From a virus, in IMG/VR virus record IMGVR_UViG_3300045988_151707, positions 1 to 64,000 of that record: a stretch of 64,000 nucleotides of DNA; one strand, given 5' to 3'. The position numbers were made by a program, and so were the translations under genes. Positions within the stretch are counted from its first letter, which is position 1, and every line of letters starts with the position of its first letter. Below are positions 26,621 to 35,010 of the stretch, piece after piece. The notes under the pieces were generated by a model, which worked only from the letters and a program-made list of their open reading frames with translations, was not told the DNA's origin and did no database searches.

Positions 26621-27109
26621 TTAGCTTTTTGGTATTTTCATAAAACACATCCAGATAGTCGTACCGTTATTCTTTGTAGTATGGCCAAACAAAGGTTTGT
26701 AATCCGTAATAGCATTGATTACTTCCTTTACTTTTATCTGGTCCTGATTCCACTTGAAGATAAGTACGCCGTAATCATCCAGCACTCGCATACATTCATG
26801 TATGGAGTCATTAATAAAGCTTTTCCAGTCTTTTGGAAGTTTCCCATACTTTTTGGCCAACCAACTGTTTTCACCGGCTCTTACCAGATGTGGAGGGTCA
26901 AACACAACCAACTTAAACGTGTTATCAGCAAATGAAAGGTTTGTGCAATCCTCAATTTTATCAGGTTTCACAGAAATTTTCCGCCCATCACAAAGTGTGT
27001 CTTCAAAATCTCGTATGTCAGTAAATAAAGCAAGCGGATTCTGTTTGTCAAACCAGAACATCCGGCTTCCACAACATACATCAAGTATTGGTTCATTTTG
27101 CTTTTCCAT
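26621..27109 (-). CDS. SAM-dependent (probably DNA) methyltransferase
   Basis: Motif I ILDVCCGS and motif IV VVFDPPH. 162 aa. Confidence 0.6.
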   Translation of the reverse strand: MEKQNEPILDVCCGSRMFWFDKQNPLALFTDIRDFEDTLCDGRKISVKPDKIEDCTNLSFADNTFKLVVFDPPHLVRAGENSWLAKKYGKLPKDWKSFINDSIHECMRVLDDYGVLIFKWNQDQIKVKEVINAITDYKPLFGHTTKNNGTTIWMCFMKIPKS

Positions 27110-27175
27110 CCTTCTTCAATTTCTTCACTTCCTTAACCATCAGCAATGCTTCTTCCATGATTATAGGAACTTCCA

Positions 27176-27571
27176 TTATTGCCACTCCTCCTTTCCTAAC
27201 CTCTTACTCTCCTCTTTCAAAGCCTGAATCTTCGCAAAAAGTCCGTTTGTTTTAGTTTTCTTTTCTTTGGAAGTAATTTTCTTGTACGCCATACCGATGG
27301 CAATCATTGAAATACCTGTTTTTATCTGCTGGATGTCGCCATCCATAGTTTCTAAATCTTGAAGCGTATCTTCATTGATAACCACATTGTCGAGCTCGTT
27401 CATAGCTTCTTCAGCGTCCTTCATACTGATTCCTGAAACAAGCATCACGGCTTTGATAAATTCTTTTTCCACTTCAAAAGTGATACTCACTTTTTCATTC
27501 TGATTGTTTCCCATATCTCCCACTATTTTAAATTCCTTCATAAATCGGCATCGGAACAGAAGTGTCCACAA
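27176..27571 (-). CDS. Hypothetical protein
   Basis: ORF overlaps the upstream gene. True start probably internal (MKEFKIV or MGNNQNEK). Confidence 0.45.
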   Translation of the reverse strand: MWTLLFRCRFMKEFKIVGDMGNNQNEKVSITFEVEKEFIKAVMLVSGISMKDAEEAMNELDNVVINEDTLQDLETMDGDIQQIKTGISMIAIGMAYKKITSKEKKTKTNGLFAKIQALKEESKRLGKEEWQ

Positions 27572-27824
27572 ACAAATGCCCTACAAACGAACCGTTGAAA
27601 AGTATAAAAGTCCCTATATACATCATGTAAGGCTCAAGGTTTATCTCTTCACCGGTCATTACCATACGGAACTTTACTCCCCGTTTTGGCTTTGATTCAT
27701 CTTCCAATGCCCAGATATATGTTTTCTCGTTTACAACTGCGAGTTTCAGCAGCTTGCTTCCCTCATAAAGCGGGAGCGTAAACTCAGACGCTGCCGGGAT
27801 TTCATGTTTTAAAATTCTTGCCAT
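27528..27824 (-). CDS. Hypothetical protein
   Basis: 98-aa ORF directly downstream of the primase-helicase gene. Confidence 0.45.
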   Translation of the reverse strand: MARILKHEIPAASEFTLPLYEGSKLLKLAVVNEKTYIWALEDESKPKRGVKFRMVMTGEEINLEPYMMYIGTFILFNGSFVGHLFVDTSVPMPIYEGI

Positions 27825-27845
27825 ATTCTTTTCTTTTTAAGGTTA

Positions 27846-30800
27846 TTAATCATCTTCAAAGCGCTTCTTTTCCTCCCACTCTTCGTCGGTTTCCGGGCAG
27901 GAAAGTATCTCCTTGGAGTCTTTGGGTTCCTCACCCAGCTTGTAGAAAAAGCACACACGGGTAAATTTACGGGTGCGTTCCTCACGACGGATCGTGTCGT
28001 TCATAAACTCCTGCTCCCAGGCGTAGTGACGGGGATATTTGGAGCCTTTGTCCGAGCGGTAGACGATGGAAGGGTTCATGGTGTACTGCATATTGAAGCA
28101 GTAAGCCTGCATCTTTTCTATCATTTCGTTCTTCACGGATTTCACGCTCTGCATCGTCACCGCATCGCCCCGGTGTTCCAGGTAGCTGATGGCCATTTCA
28201 CTGATAGATACCGGACGGCACCAGTGACACTGGTTCGCAAAGAAATGATTGGCCCAGTCAATGAATACCTGGTCCTTGATGGCGGAGTAAAGGATTCGCA
28301 TCTGTCCGTCCTGCGACATGGGCGGTATCAGGCTTTCCTGCAGGCCGAGGTAGAACTGACAGCTTTGCAGCATCATGTACACCGCTTCGTCACGTTCTTC
28401 TTCGGTGGCTTCCAGGAATATGTCTTTCCCGAACTTAGTCTGCGGCGTGCGTTTCTTGAACTGGCCGGCGTAGTCCTCGTCGTGGTAGTAATCGCTCTGC
28501 ATGGCCAGGAAGATACGGCGTGAGGTGCTTCCTTCGGTCATGTCGAACGGCATCTTGTTCATGGTAATGAATATCTTCGGGGTTGCCTCGCGCGGCAGTG
28601 TCATTTCATCGTGATACAGGGTCTTTACCGTAATGTTGTCCGTAATGTTGTAGAACTCGCTTCCCATCATGTCGGGGCGAAGGTCGTCTATCAGACACAT
28701 GCTGTCTACGGTATAATGGAACTTGTCGAAGTTCTTGGCCATGTTCTCTTTCTTCTTCAAGGTCTGACCGGGTATGTAGCACACCTTCCGCACCAGCTCG
28801 AAGAAGGAACGGAAGAAACTTTTTCCGGTACCTCCGCTGTTCTTTCCTTCGTCGGCCACGGTGTATTCCGTCACGACTCCCATCTTCTGCATGGTGCCTG
28901 TACGATAGCGCGAAAGCATGTAGCCCATGAGCGCTACCTTGCAAATGAAGTGCATGTCCTGTCGCTGCTTTTCCAGCTCGGTAAGCGGATAGCCTTCGGC
29001 TTCCTTTCGCCAGTGTATGCGGCTGGTGTCGTACAGCCACTGCACGCAGACAGGCATCTGGTCAATGTCTTTCGGCATTTTCAGCAGGAAACGGTACAGA
29101 CGCTGGTAGGCGATGAACTCTGCATCCTCACGGCGGCGCTCGTTCTCGTTCATCCGCTTGTCGGCCATTCTCTGATCGTTCAGCTCCTTACGTGCGGCAT
29201 ATTCCGGATTCTCCTCGATAGTGAAAAGCGAAGACTTCATCGGATGGTAATCGGCGTCAATAATCGCCTTCCGGTTGACATGGAAAGGCAGGTCCACGTA
29301 GTCCACCGGCTCAATGCTGTCGGCCGTCACCTTCACGGCGCAGTTGCGGAAGAAGAAATAATCGAAATCCTTCCCCCACGACATGAAGTTCAGGTCTACT
29401 TTCTTGATTCCGGACATGGTGTCGCGTCCGATTTTCTTCTGGGTACTGATGGCGTTGCTCAGTTCCTCGGAGTAATACTGTGAGTTGTATATCAGAAAGT
29501 CTTTCATGATTTCCTTGGCTTCGCTCAGTGCCTGGCTCTCTTCCACCACATCGACAATGTTGTTGCTGATGTGCACAAACTTGGTGGTATCCGCTTCGTC
29601 GGTGTATTTGTAGAATCCGTTGGCCGAAAGGAACTGGGCCATATTATCGAAGTTCAGGGTATATTTCCGGACCACTACCTTGCTTTCGTCTTCCTGCTTT
29701 TTGGTCTGGTACTGCACATCCCAGAACCGCATCCGGCGGGCGGTCTTTAGCAGGTCGTCGAAGTAGCGGTTTACGTTGGTGTGCATGAGCTTTTCATTGC
29801 GGCGCATCACTGCCGGGTAGAAATTGAAGAACTCTTCGGCATCCTTGCATGCTTTCCCGCTGCGGGGATTGTACTGGGTGGAGAGGTCTTCGGGCAGGTA
29901 GAGCACTTTCAGTTCCACGTGTTTCAGGGCCAGCCGGTTCATGGCGCGTATGCCGGTGCGGTCAATGTCATACAGCACAAACACTTCCATGGAGATGTTC
30001 AGCAGGCGACGGATGGTTTCCGACGAAATCTCCACACTCTCGGAGTGGGGAAACACCACATGAGCGTCGCTATGGAAGTACACATTGATGGCATCGCGCG
30101 GGCCGGAACAGATCACAATCCGGCGGAACACGTCGGCAAAAGCACGGGTACGCCGTCCCTGCTCGTCCATCCGGGTTTTCTCTATATTGATAATGGGATG
30201 CCCTTCCTTGTCGGAGGTTTCCACACGTCCGGTCTGCAGGGCACGCATCACGTCAGCGTCGCCGTAGATTTCCTTGTAGAATCCTTCCGGACGGCTTCCT
30301 CCCTGGTACCACCAGGTAAACTTGTAGTTGGGCTGGCGGCGGCCGTCCGCATCGGTTGTCTCGCGGAAATAAGGCTCATATTTTCGTGCCCACCATCCGT
30401 TTTCGTCTTCGTAACGAAAAAGAAAAATCGGGTAAGAAGGTGTGGACTTCACTTCGTAGCTGGTCAGTACGCCGTCAGCATCGGCCTTTTCGGGGGTAAC
30501 GTAGCTTTCCAGCGGATAAAGATTGAACATGGTGCGGAGCTGGATGCTGTCGAAGGGAGCGGGCATGTCGCCACGGTAAAAATCGGGATTGAACGAACAG
30601 CGCAACAGGTTGTTTCCGTCGGCATCGGTCACGGCTGTCTGCTCGGGGCCTTCGCTTGTGTTTTTCCCGGTGCGGAACACGGGGAGCACCTGGCAGCCCA
30701 GCGCACGGAGCTCAGCGGGTGTAAACTCGCCCTCACGGATGCGGAAATCCACTTCCGGCTGCGGGGCGGTCTTGCGTGCCCGGTGGAAGAATCCGTTCTT

Positions 30801-31145
30801 GTAATCTCCTTCAATAATCAGGTTGAAGTCTTTGGCCAGCCGGTTCACCGCATCCGGAAAGTCGTGTTTCTCTCCTGCGCGTTCTAAGAGACGCTGCTGC
30901 AGCATGATGGCCCCTACCCCCTTGCTCCGGTTCTGCTCGCCGCATACGAAGCAATTGAAGGCTGCATAGCGTTCGCCCTTTGGCGGGAACTTGCTCACAC
31001 AGAAACTTCCGTTCTTCTCTTCGTGAAACGGGCAGCGGTAGAATACGCTGCGTGCGGTCTGCGATGCGGGAAGGTATCCGTTGTTGCGCATCACGTCGGG
31101 AAGCGGAAGCGCATTGAGTTTATCAACTGTTTTGTCAGAAATCAT
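27846..31145 (-). CDS. Primase-helicase fusion (CHC2 zinc finger, Toprim, D5/P4-type P-loop NTPase)
   Basis: Zinc finger CPFHEEKNGSF...FNCFVCGE. Toprim ..VICSGPRDAINV...VLYDIDRTGI. Walker A NSGGTGKS. 1099 aa. Confidence 0.85.
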   Translation of the reverse strand: MISDKTVDKLNALPLPDVMRNNGYLPASQTARSVFYRCPFHEEKNGSFCVSKFPPKGERYAAFNCFVCGEQNRSKGVGAIMLQQRLLERAGEKHDFPDAVNRLAKDFNLIIEGDYKNGFFHRARKTAPQPEVDFRIREGEFTPAELRALGCQVLPVFRTGKNTSEGPEQTAVTDADGNNLLRCSFNPDFYRGDMPAPFDSIQLRTMFNLYPLESYVTPEKADADGVLTSYEVKSTPSYPIFLFRYEDENGWWARKYEPYFRETTDADGRRQPNYKFTWWYQGGSRPEGFYKEIYGDADVMRALQTGRVETSDKEGHPIINIEKTRMDEQGRRTRAFADVFRRIVICSGPRDAINVYFHSDAHVVFPHSESVEISSETIRRLLNISMEVFVLYDIDRTGIRAMNRLALKHVELKVLYLPEDLSTQYNPRSGKACKDAEEFFNFYPAVMRRNEKLMHTNVNRYFDDLLKTARRMRFWDVQYQTKKQEDESKVVVRKYTLNFDNMAQFLSANGFYKYTDEADTTKFVHISNNIVDVVEESQALSEAKEIMKDFLIYNSQYYSEELSNAISTQKKIGRDTMSGIKKVDLNFMSWGKDFDYFFFRNCAVKVTADSIEPVDYVDLPFHVNRKAIIDADYHPMKSSLFTIEENPEYAARKELNDQRMADKRMNENERRREDAEFIAYQRLYRFLLKMPKDIDQMPVCVQWLYDTSRIHWRKEAEGYPLTELEKQRQDMHFICKVALMGYMLSRYRTGTMQKMGVVTEYTVADEGKNSGGTGKSFFRSFFELVRKVCYIPGQTLKKKENMAKNFDKFHYTVDSMCLIDDLRPDMMGSEFYNITDNITVKTLYHDEMTLPREATPKIFITMNKMPFDMTEGSTSRRIFLAMQSDYYHDEDYAGQFKKRTPQTKFGKDIFLEATEEERDEAVYMMLQSCQFYLGLQESLIPPMSQDGQMRILYSAIKDQVFIDWANHFFANQCHWCRPVSISEMAISYLEHRGDAVTMQSVKSVKNEMIEKMQAYCFNMQYTMNPSIVYRSDKGSKYPRHYAWEQEFMNDTIRREERTRKFTRVCFFYKLGEEPKDSKEILSCPETDEEWEEKKRFEDD

Positions 31146-31156
31146 TTCAGGGAATT

Positions 31157-31450
31157 TTAAGAGAGGAATTTCACCTCGTAGTTCATGCTTTCCATTTTGG
31201 CTTGTATCATTTCTTTCAGGCTATCGGGCAGGCACATCATAGGGTCTGGCTCATGCAGGTAAATCGTATCTTCCTGCACGCTTCCTGTGGCAGAATATCC
31301 GTCGTACACCAGCTCGTTCATGAGCTTCTGCATGCACGACTTCGACAGGTTGCCGCAAGCTATGCTCACGCTACCTTCCGGATAGCCTATCGCTATTTCC
31401 GTGTGACGCACATGGAAACGCTGTTCATATACCGCTCTGTTTCGTTTCAT
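31157..31450 (-). CDS. Hypothetical protein
   Basis: 97-aa ORF with a 4-nt overlap to the upstream gene. Confidence 0.45.
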   Translation of the reverse strand: MKRNRAVYEQRFHVRHTEIAIGYPEGSVSIACGNLSKSCMQKLMNELVYDGYSATGSVQEDTIYLHEPDPMMCLPDSLKEMIQAKMESMNYEVKFLS

Positions 31451-32082
31451 ACCAGCCGCTTTCCTTTTAGTGTCAACATAAGCTCAGGACGTGTAGCCAC
31501 ACCCAACTTCGCAAAAATACGTTTCCGCATGTTGTCTATATTGGAATAGCTGCATCCCATTTCGTCGGCAATCTCTTCGTAGGTGAGCGAAGTATTTACC
31601 AGCATGTTCGCCACAGCAGCCTGAGTGGGAGTCAGCCCGCACTCGTACACCGGATTGCAGCACACCTCCTTTTTATCCTTGAAGGCGGGGTTGAATCCGT
31701 TGAACGGACAGTTATATCGCATAGGGCAGTGCGTGTTCTCGGTATTGAAGTCTTCCGGACCTTCATGGTCGGGAATATCGTCCTCGCGTCCGAAACAACA
31801 GTTCAGGCTTACCAGCGCAAGCTCTGACAGATAGCGGCTGCGAAGGTTCCGTATGGTCTTATAAGAACGTCCAAGTCGAATCTGCAGAAGCTGGTCGGCT
31901 GCCACCAGGTGTGAAGGATAGTTTTTCTTCATCTCGTCGAGGTATTCCTCTACGAAGTCAATTCCCGTCTTTCCGTCGTTCTTTACCGTGATTTCCTCTC
32001 CGTCTTCAAAAACAATTCTTGAGAATCCGTCCTGAATGCGTGTGTGCGCTTCCCATTGTCTTTCCAGCATGTATCCCATCAC
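31447..32082 (-). CDS. LuxR/GerE-type (sigma region 4-like) HTH regulator with Cys-rich central segment
   Basis: C-terminal LTPTQAAVANMLVNTSLTYEEIADEMGCSYSNIDNMRKRIFAKLGV. Central HCPMRYNCP...CCNPVYEC. Confidence 0.7.
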   Translation of the reverse strand: MMGYMLERQWEAHTRIQDGFSRIVFEDGEEITVKNDGKTGIDFVEEYLDEMKKNYPSHLVAADQLLQIRLGRSYKTIRNLRSRYLSELALVSLNCCFGREDDIPDHEGPEDFNTENTHCPMRYNCPFNGFNPAFKDKKEVCCNPVYECGLTPTQAAVANMLVNTSLTYEEIADEMGCSYSNIDNMRKRIFAKLGVATRPELMLTLKGKRLV

Positions 32083-32459
32083 ATTTCCTCCATTTGTTTC
32101 TTGTACTCCTTATAAATAGATTCCAGCCCGCGAAGCTCTACTTCCGTGAAATCGAAGTTACGGAAATGCGCACGCAGCGCATGTTCGCCCATACCTCGTT
32201 CTTTCATGAACTCGATAAATTCTCCCTTCTTTCTCACACCGGAAAAGAAGTCTTTCAGTTCCCCTTCGTAGTCAGGATCAAAATCTCTCAGGCATTTTTC
32301 CACGCCTTCCGCCTCCCACCGGCGCACGCGGTTCAACCTGATCTTCTGGTACGCCGTGCTCATGCTCATTCCGTAATGTTCCACCAGGTAGCGGCTAAAT
32401 CCCAGCCGCATGGGGCTCAACTTTTTTTCGGATAATGCTTCAATGATGCTCATTTTCAT
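32079..32459 (-). CDS. Hypothetical protein, first gene of the leftward early operon
   Basis: 126-aa ORF divergent from the plus-strand repressor-like gene. Confidence 0.5.
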   Translation of the reverse strand: MKMSIIEALSEKKLSPMRLGFSRYLVEHYGMSMSTAYQKIRLNRVRRWEAEGVEKCLRDFDPDYEGELKDFFSGVRKKGEFIEFMKERGMGEHALRAHFRNFDFTEVELRGLESIYKEYKKQMEEM

Positions 32460-32529
32460 ACTTCTGATATATATTGTCGTTTCTCGCTTTTGCGGTTTCG
32501 GTCGTTTTTTGTTATTTTTACCCTACAAA

Positions 32530-32568
32530 GTAACAATTTTAATTTGACAATCGCATTATAATTGTTAC
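32530..32568. promoter_or_regulatory. Operator/promoter repeat, copy 2: GTAACAATT-N21-AATTGTTAC, with a third TAACAATT half-site at 32574-32581
   Basis: Perfect 9-bp inverted half-sites. 33 of 36 identity with 3908-3945. Lies in the divergent intergenic region 32460-32596. Confidence 0.65.
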
Positions 32569-32596
32569 GGAAATAACAATTTTAAACTGATTTTTT

Positions 32597-33886
32597 ATGT
32601 ACTATTTCAATTCTTTCCTGTTCAATAATCTTCCCAAGCTCTTCGGTCTGAGCGAAAAAGGCGTGTCGGAGAAGGTGTACGGAAAATCATACATGTATAA
32701 AAGAAAGGTTGATAATCAAGACAATATACTCGTGCATGACATCGTAATGGTGTGCAACACATTCCACATAAGCCTGTCAAACTTCATTATGTCGGCTCCT
32801 CCTGAAAATTTACTCGGAAATCGCTTCAAATATGTCATACCGGATGAAGATTTTAAAGAGGTAAGATTCATACCCGAAAACTTGCGCTGGCTCTACGGTC
32901 CGCAGGGACTTACCAAAATTCCTTCGCTTGCTGAATTTTCGCGTCAGAGCGGAATATCAGTCACCAGTATCGTAAGGTGGCAGAATCCGAAGATAGGAGG
33001 GTGTACGGTTAACTGGCTTATCGGAATATGCAACCGTTTCGGAATCGACATAGACGTGTTCATGGAAGACGAGAATGAGAAGCTTGAAAAGTACGCGGCC
33101 ACCGAGACGGAAATATCGCCGCGCGTGTGGCAGGAAATTTCGGAACTCAAAGAGGCTATAAGGCAATACCGGCAGGAACGAATCTCACTTCTGGATGAAA
33201 ACCGCAAGCTGAAAGCAAGAATCAAGGAAACGGAGCTTGTGGCAGAAGAAAGCACCGAATATACCTACGCAGACAGGAAAGTCAGGGAATGGAAGGCTAA
33301 CTGGGGACTGCTGGAGAACTTTCATATCGTCGTGGGAGTGTCCAGACGAAAAGTGATTCAGGATGCCGGCATGCAGAATTTCAGCGAACTCTTTATTGAA
33401 GGAAACATGCTGATTACCTCGCTGGTGAAACTTTGCAACAAATACCATATCAGCACAAGACACATATTCTATCGGGATAACGGCATTGTTCCGGAAGTAA
33501 ATGTGTACGACTATTACCGGTCGGACAACTGGAAGACGGTAGTTTTCCATCCGGAATATGTGAATGATTTTTTCGGGAAGGAGAGCGTGACGGGTATAAA
33601 CCGCTCGGAACTGCTGTCACGCATGGAAGTGGGCGAATGGAAACTTCGTGCATGGCGAAAAGAAAACAGCACCATGCGCATAAAAGACATGCTGGAGATA
33701 TGCAACCGGCTGGAAGTAAGTCCTTACTACCTTATTTCTGACCACAACCGGATGGACCTTTCCAGCGGGATGACCAGTGCGGAAATCCTGCTGGAAGAGA
33801 ACCGTATGCTCCGCCAGCAGGTTATCCGGTTGAAAGAAAAACTACAGAAGAAAAACGGAGAAGGATTCCTTCCGTTAGACGAATGA
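32597..33886 (+). CDS. Multi-HTH repressor-like protein (four degenerate HTH modules plus two coiled coils)
   Basis: Repeated modules ..IVMVCNTFHISLSNFI, ..LIGICNRFGIDIDVFM, ..LVKLCNKYHISTRHIF, ..MLEICNRLEVSPYYLI. One of the very few plus-strand genes, and divergent from the early operon. Confidence 0.6.
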   Translation: MYYFNSFLFNNLPKLFGLSEKGVSEKVYGKSYMYKRKVDNQDNILVHDIVMVCNTFHISLSNFIMSAPPENLLGNRFKYVIPDEDFKEVRFIPENLRWLYGPQGLTKIPSLAEFSRQSGISVTSIVRWQNPKIGGCTVNWLIGICNRFGIDIDVFMEDENEKLEKYAATETEISPRVWQEISELKEAIRQYRQERISLLDENRKLKARIKETELVAEESTEYTYADRKVREWKANWGLLENFHIVVGVSRRKVIQDAGMQNFSELFIEGNMLITSLVKLCNKYHISTRHIFYRDNGIVPEVNVYDYYRSDNWKTVVFHPEYVNDFFGKESVTGINRSELLSRMEVGEWKLRAWRKENSTMRIKDMLEICNRLEVSPYYLISDHNRMDLSSGMTSAEILLEENRMLRQQVIRLKEKLQKKNGEGFLPLDE

Positions 33887-34996
33887 GTTCATAGTACTTC
33901 CTGAGAATCCATACCGCACACTGAAATTCACGGACAGCATACCGGGTTTAGCGCGGTCATAAAGTTCGTTCGTCTCTTCGGGTATGATAGTGACGGGTAT
34001 GTATGTGCCGTTATCGTACATCCATGCCTTTCGCGTCACCACAAATTCCGTGAGCCACCACTCGGCCCACTCCCTGTTTACGAATCCGCTGCTCATGGAA
34101 AAAGTTCCTGAAGGTGCCTGTGCATAGCTGGCAGTGCGCGTGGTAGCACGGTAGGAAATGTCAGCAGGCAGCGTGTAGAGTTCACTCTGTATGTCATATT
34201 CCAGCGCATCTCTTGTAAAAGCGACTACGCTTTCCATCAGCCCGAATCCGTTAAGGAATATGAAGTGACGCATGAGCGGGTTTGTCTTTACCGCATAGCG
34301 CTTCTTCCCGGTTTCAAATCCGGTGTTCACTGTAAGCTCACCTTCTTTCAGGAGTAACGTACTTATGACAAGCGAATCGGGAACCAGCGCACCACGGGTA
34401 TAATCGGAATATTCTTTCGATTCTTCTCCCTGCACTACGCTGTAGGTAATGGTATCCGATCGGGTACTTACCGCAGGAATACACAGTATCCATCCCAATG
34501 GAACAATATCTCCCTCCGGTTTACGGCTCAAGATACGTCCCTCACCTAAAATCTCTGTGGTATCTACATTGGATGTAGTAAGGCGTTCAAACTCCGTGAG
34601 CCTTCCGGGTATGGCATTGTACTGCTCAGAAGTGGTTTCACCTTCTTCTATCTCTACCATCCCGTCAAGATACGATTCCTTGTAGGTAATGGTGTATCGT
34701 GCAGCATATATCATCTGTGAAAGGGTCTGCGTTCCGTTCACATCAAACGTCATCTTTCGTGACAGCGCAGTTTTTATGGTTTCTCCAATATTGAAAACGG
34801 CTATCCCGTCAGATCCTACCTCAAATGAGTAACTTTCTGAATAAGGGAACTCTTCAGATCCGGCAAATGCGGTGGCATTGACCGTAATCTTTATGCGGAG
34901 AAAAGTTTTTCCGCTCAGCGTGGTTTTTGCCTTAACCACTATGGGGTCGCCTGCAAATGCTATCTGTGGCGGCTGCTGTAATACCTGTATTGCCAT
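33875..34996 (-). CDS. Tail or baseplate structural protein (by position)
   Basis: 373-aa ORF, second gene downstream of the tape measure. Confidence 0.45.
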   Translation of the reverse strand: MAIQVLQQPPQIAFAGDPIVVKAKTTLSGKTFLRIKITVNATAFAGSEEFPYSESYSFEVGSDGIAVFNIGETIKTALSRKMTFDVNGTQTLSQMIYAARYTITYKESYLDGMVEIEEGETTSEQYNAIPGRLTEFERLTTSNVDTTEILGEGRILSRKPEGDIVPLGWILCIPAVSTRSDTITYSVVQGEESKEYSDYTRGALVPDSLVISTLLLKEGELTVNTGFETGKKRYAVKTNPLMRHFIFLNGFGLMESVVAFTRDALEYDIQSELYTLPADISYRATTRTASYAQAPSGTFSMSSGFVNREWAEWWLTEFVVTRKAWMYDNGTYIPVTIIPEETNELYDRAKPGMLSVNFSVRYGFSGSTMNSFV

Positions 34997-35010
34997 GTTT
35001 TATTTCTTCA

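Noticed and set aside
28026-30887. Plus-strand ORFs inside the primase-helicase gene (28026-28523, 28611-29483, 29781-30887)
   Set aside because: They are antisense to an ORF with zinc-finger, Toprim and Walker A motifs. The shadow ORFs have H/V/G/L-rich composition.
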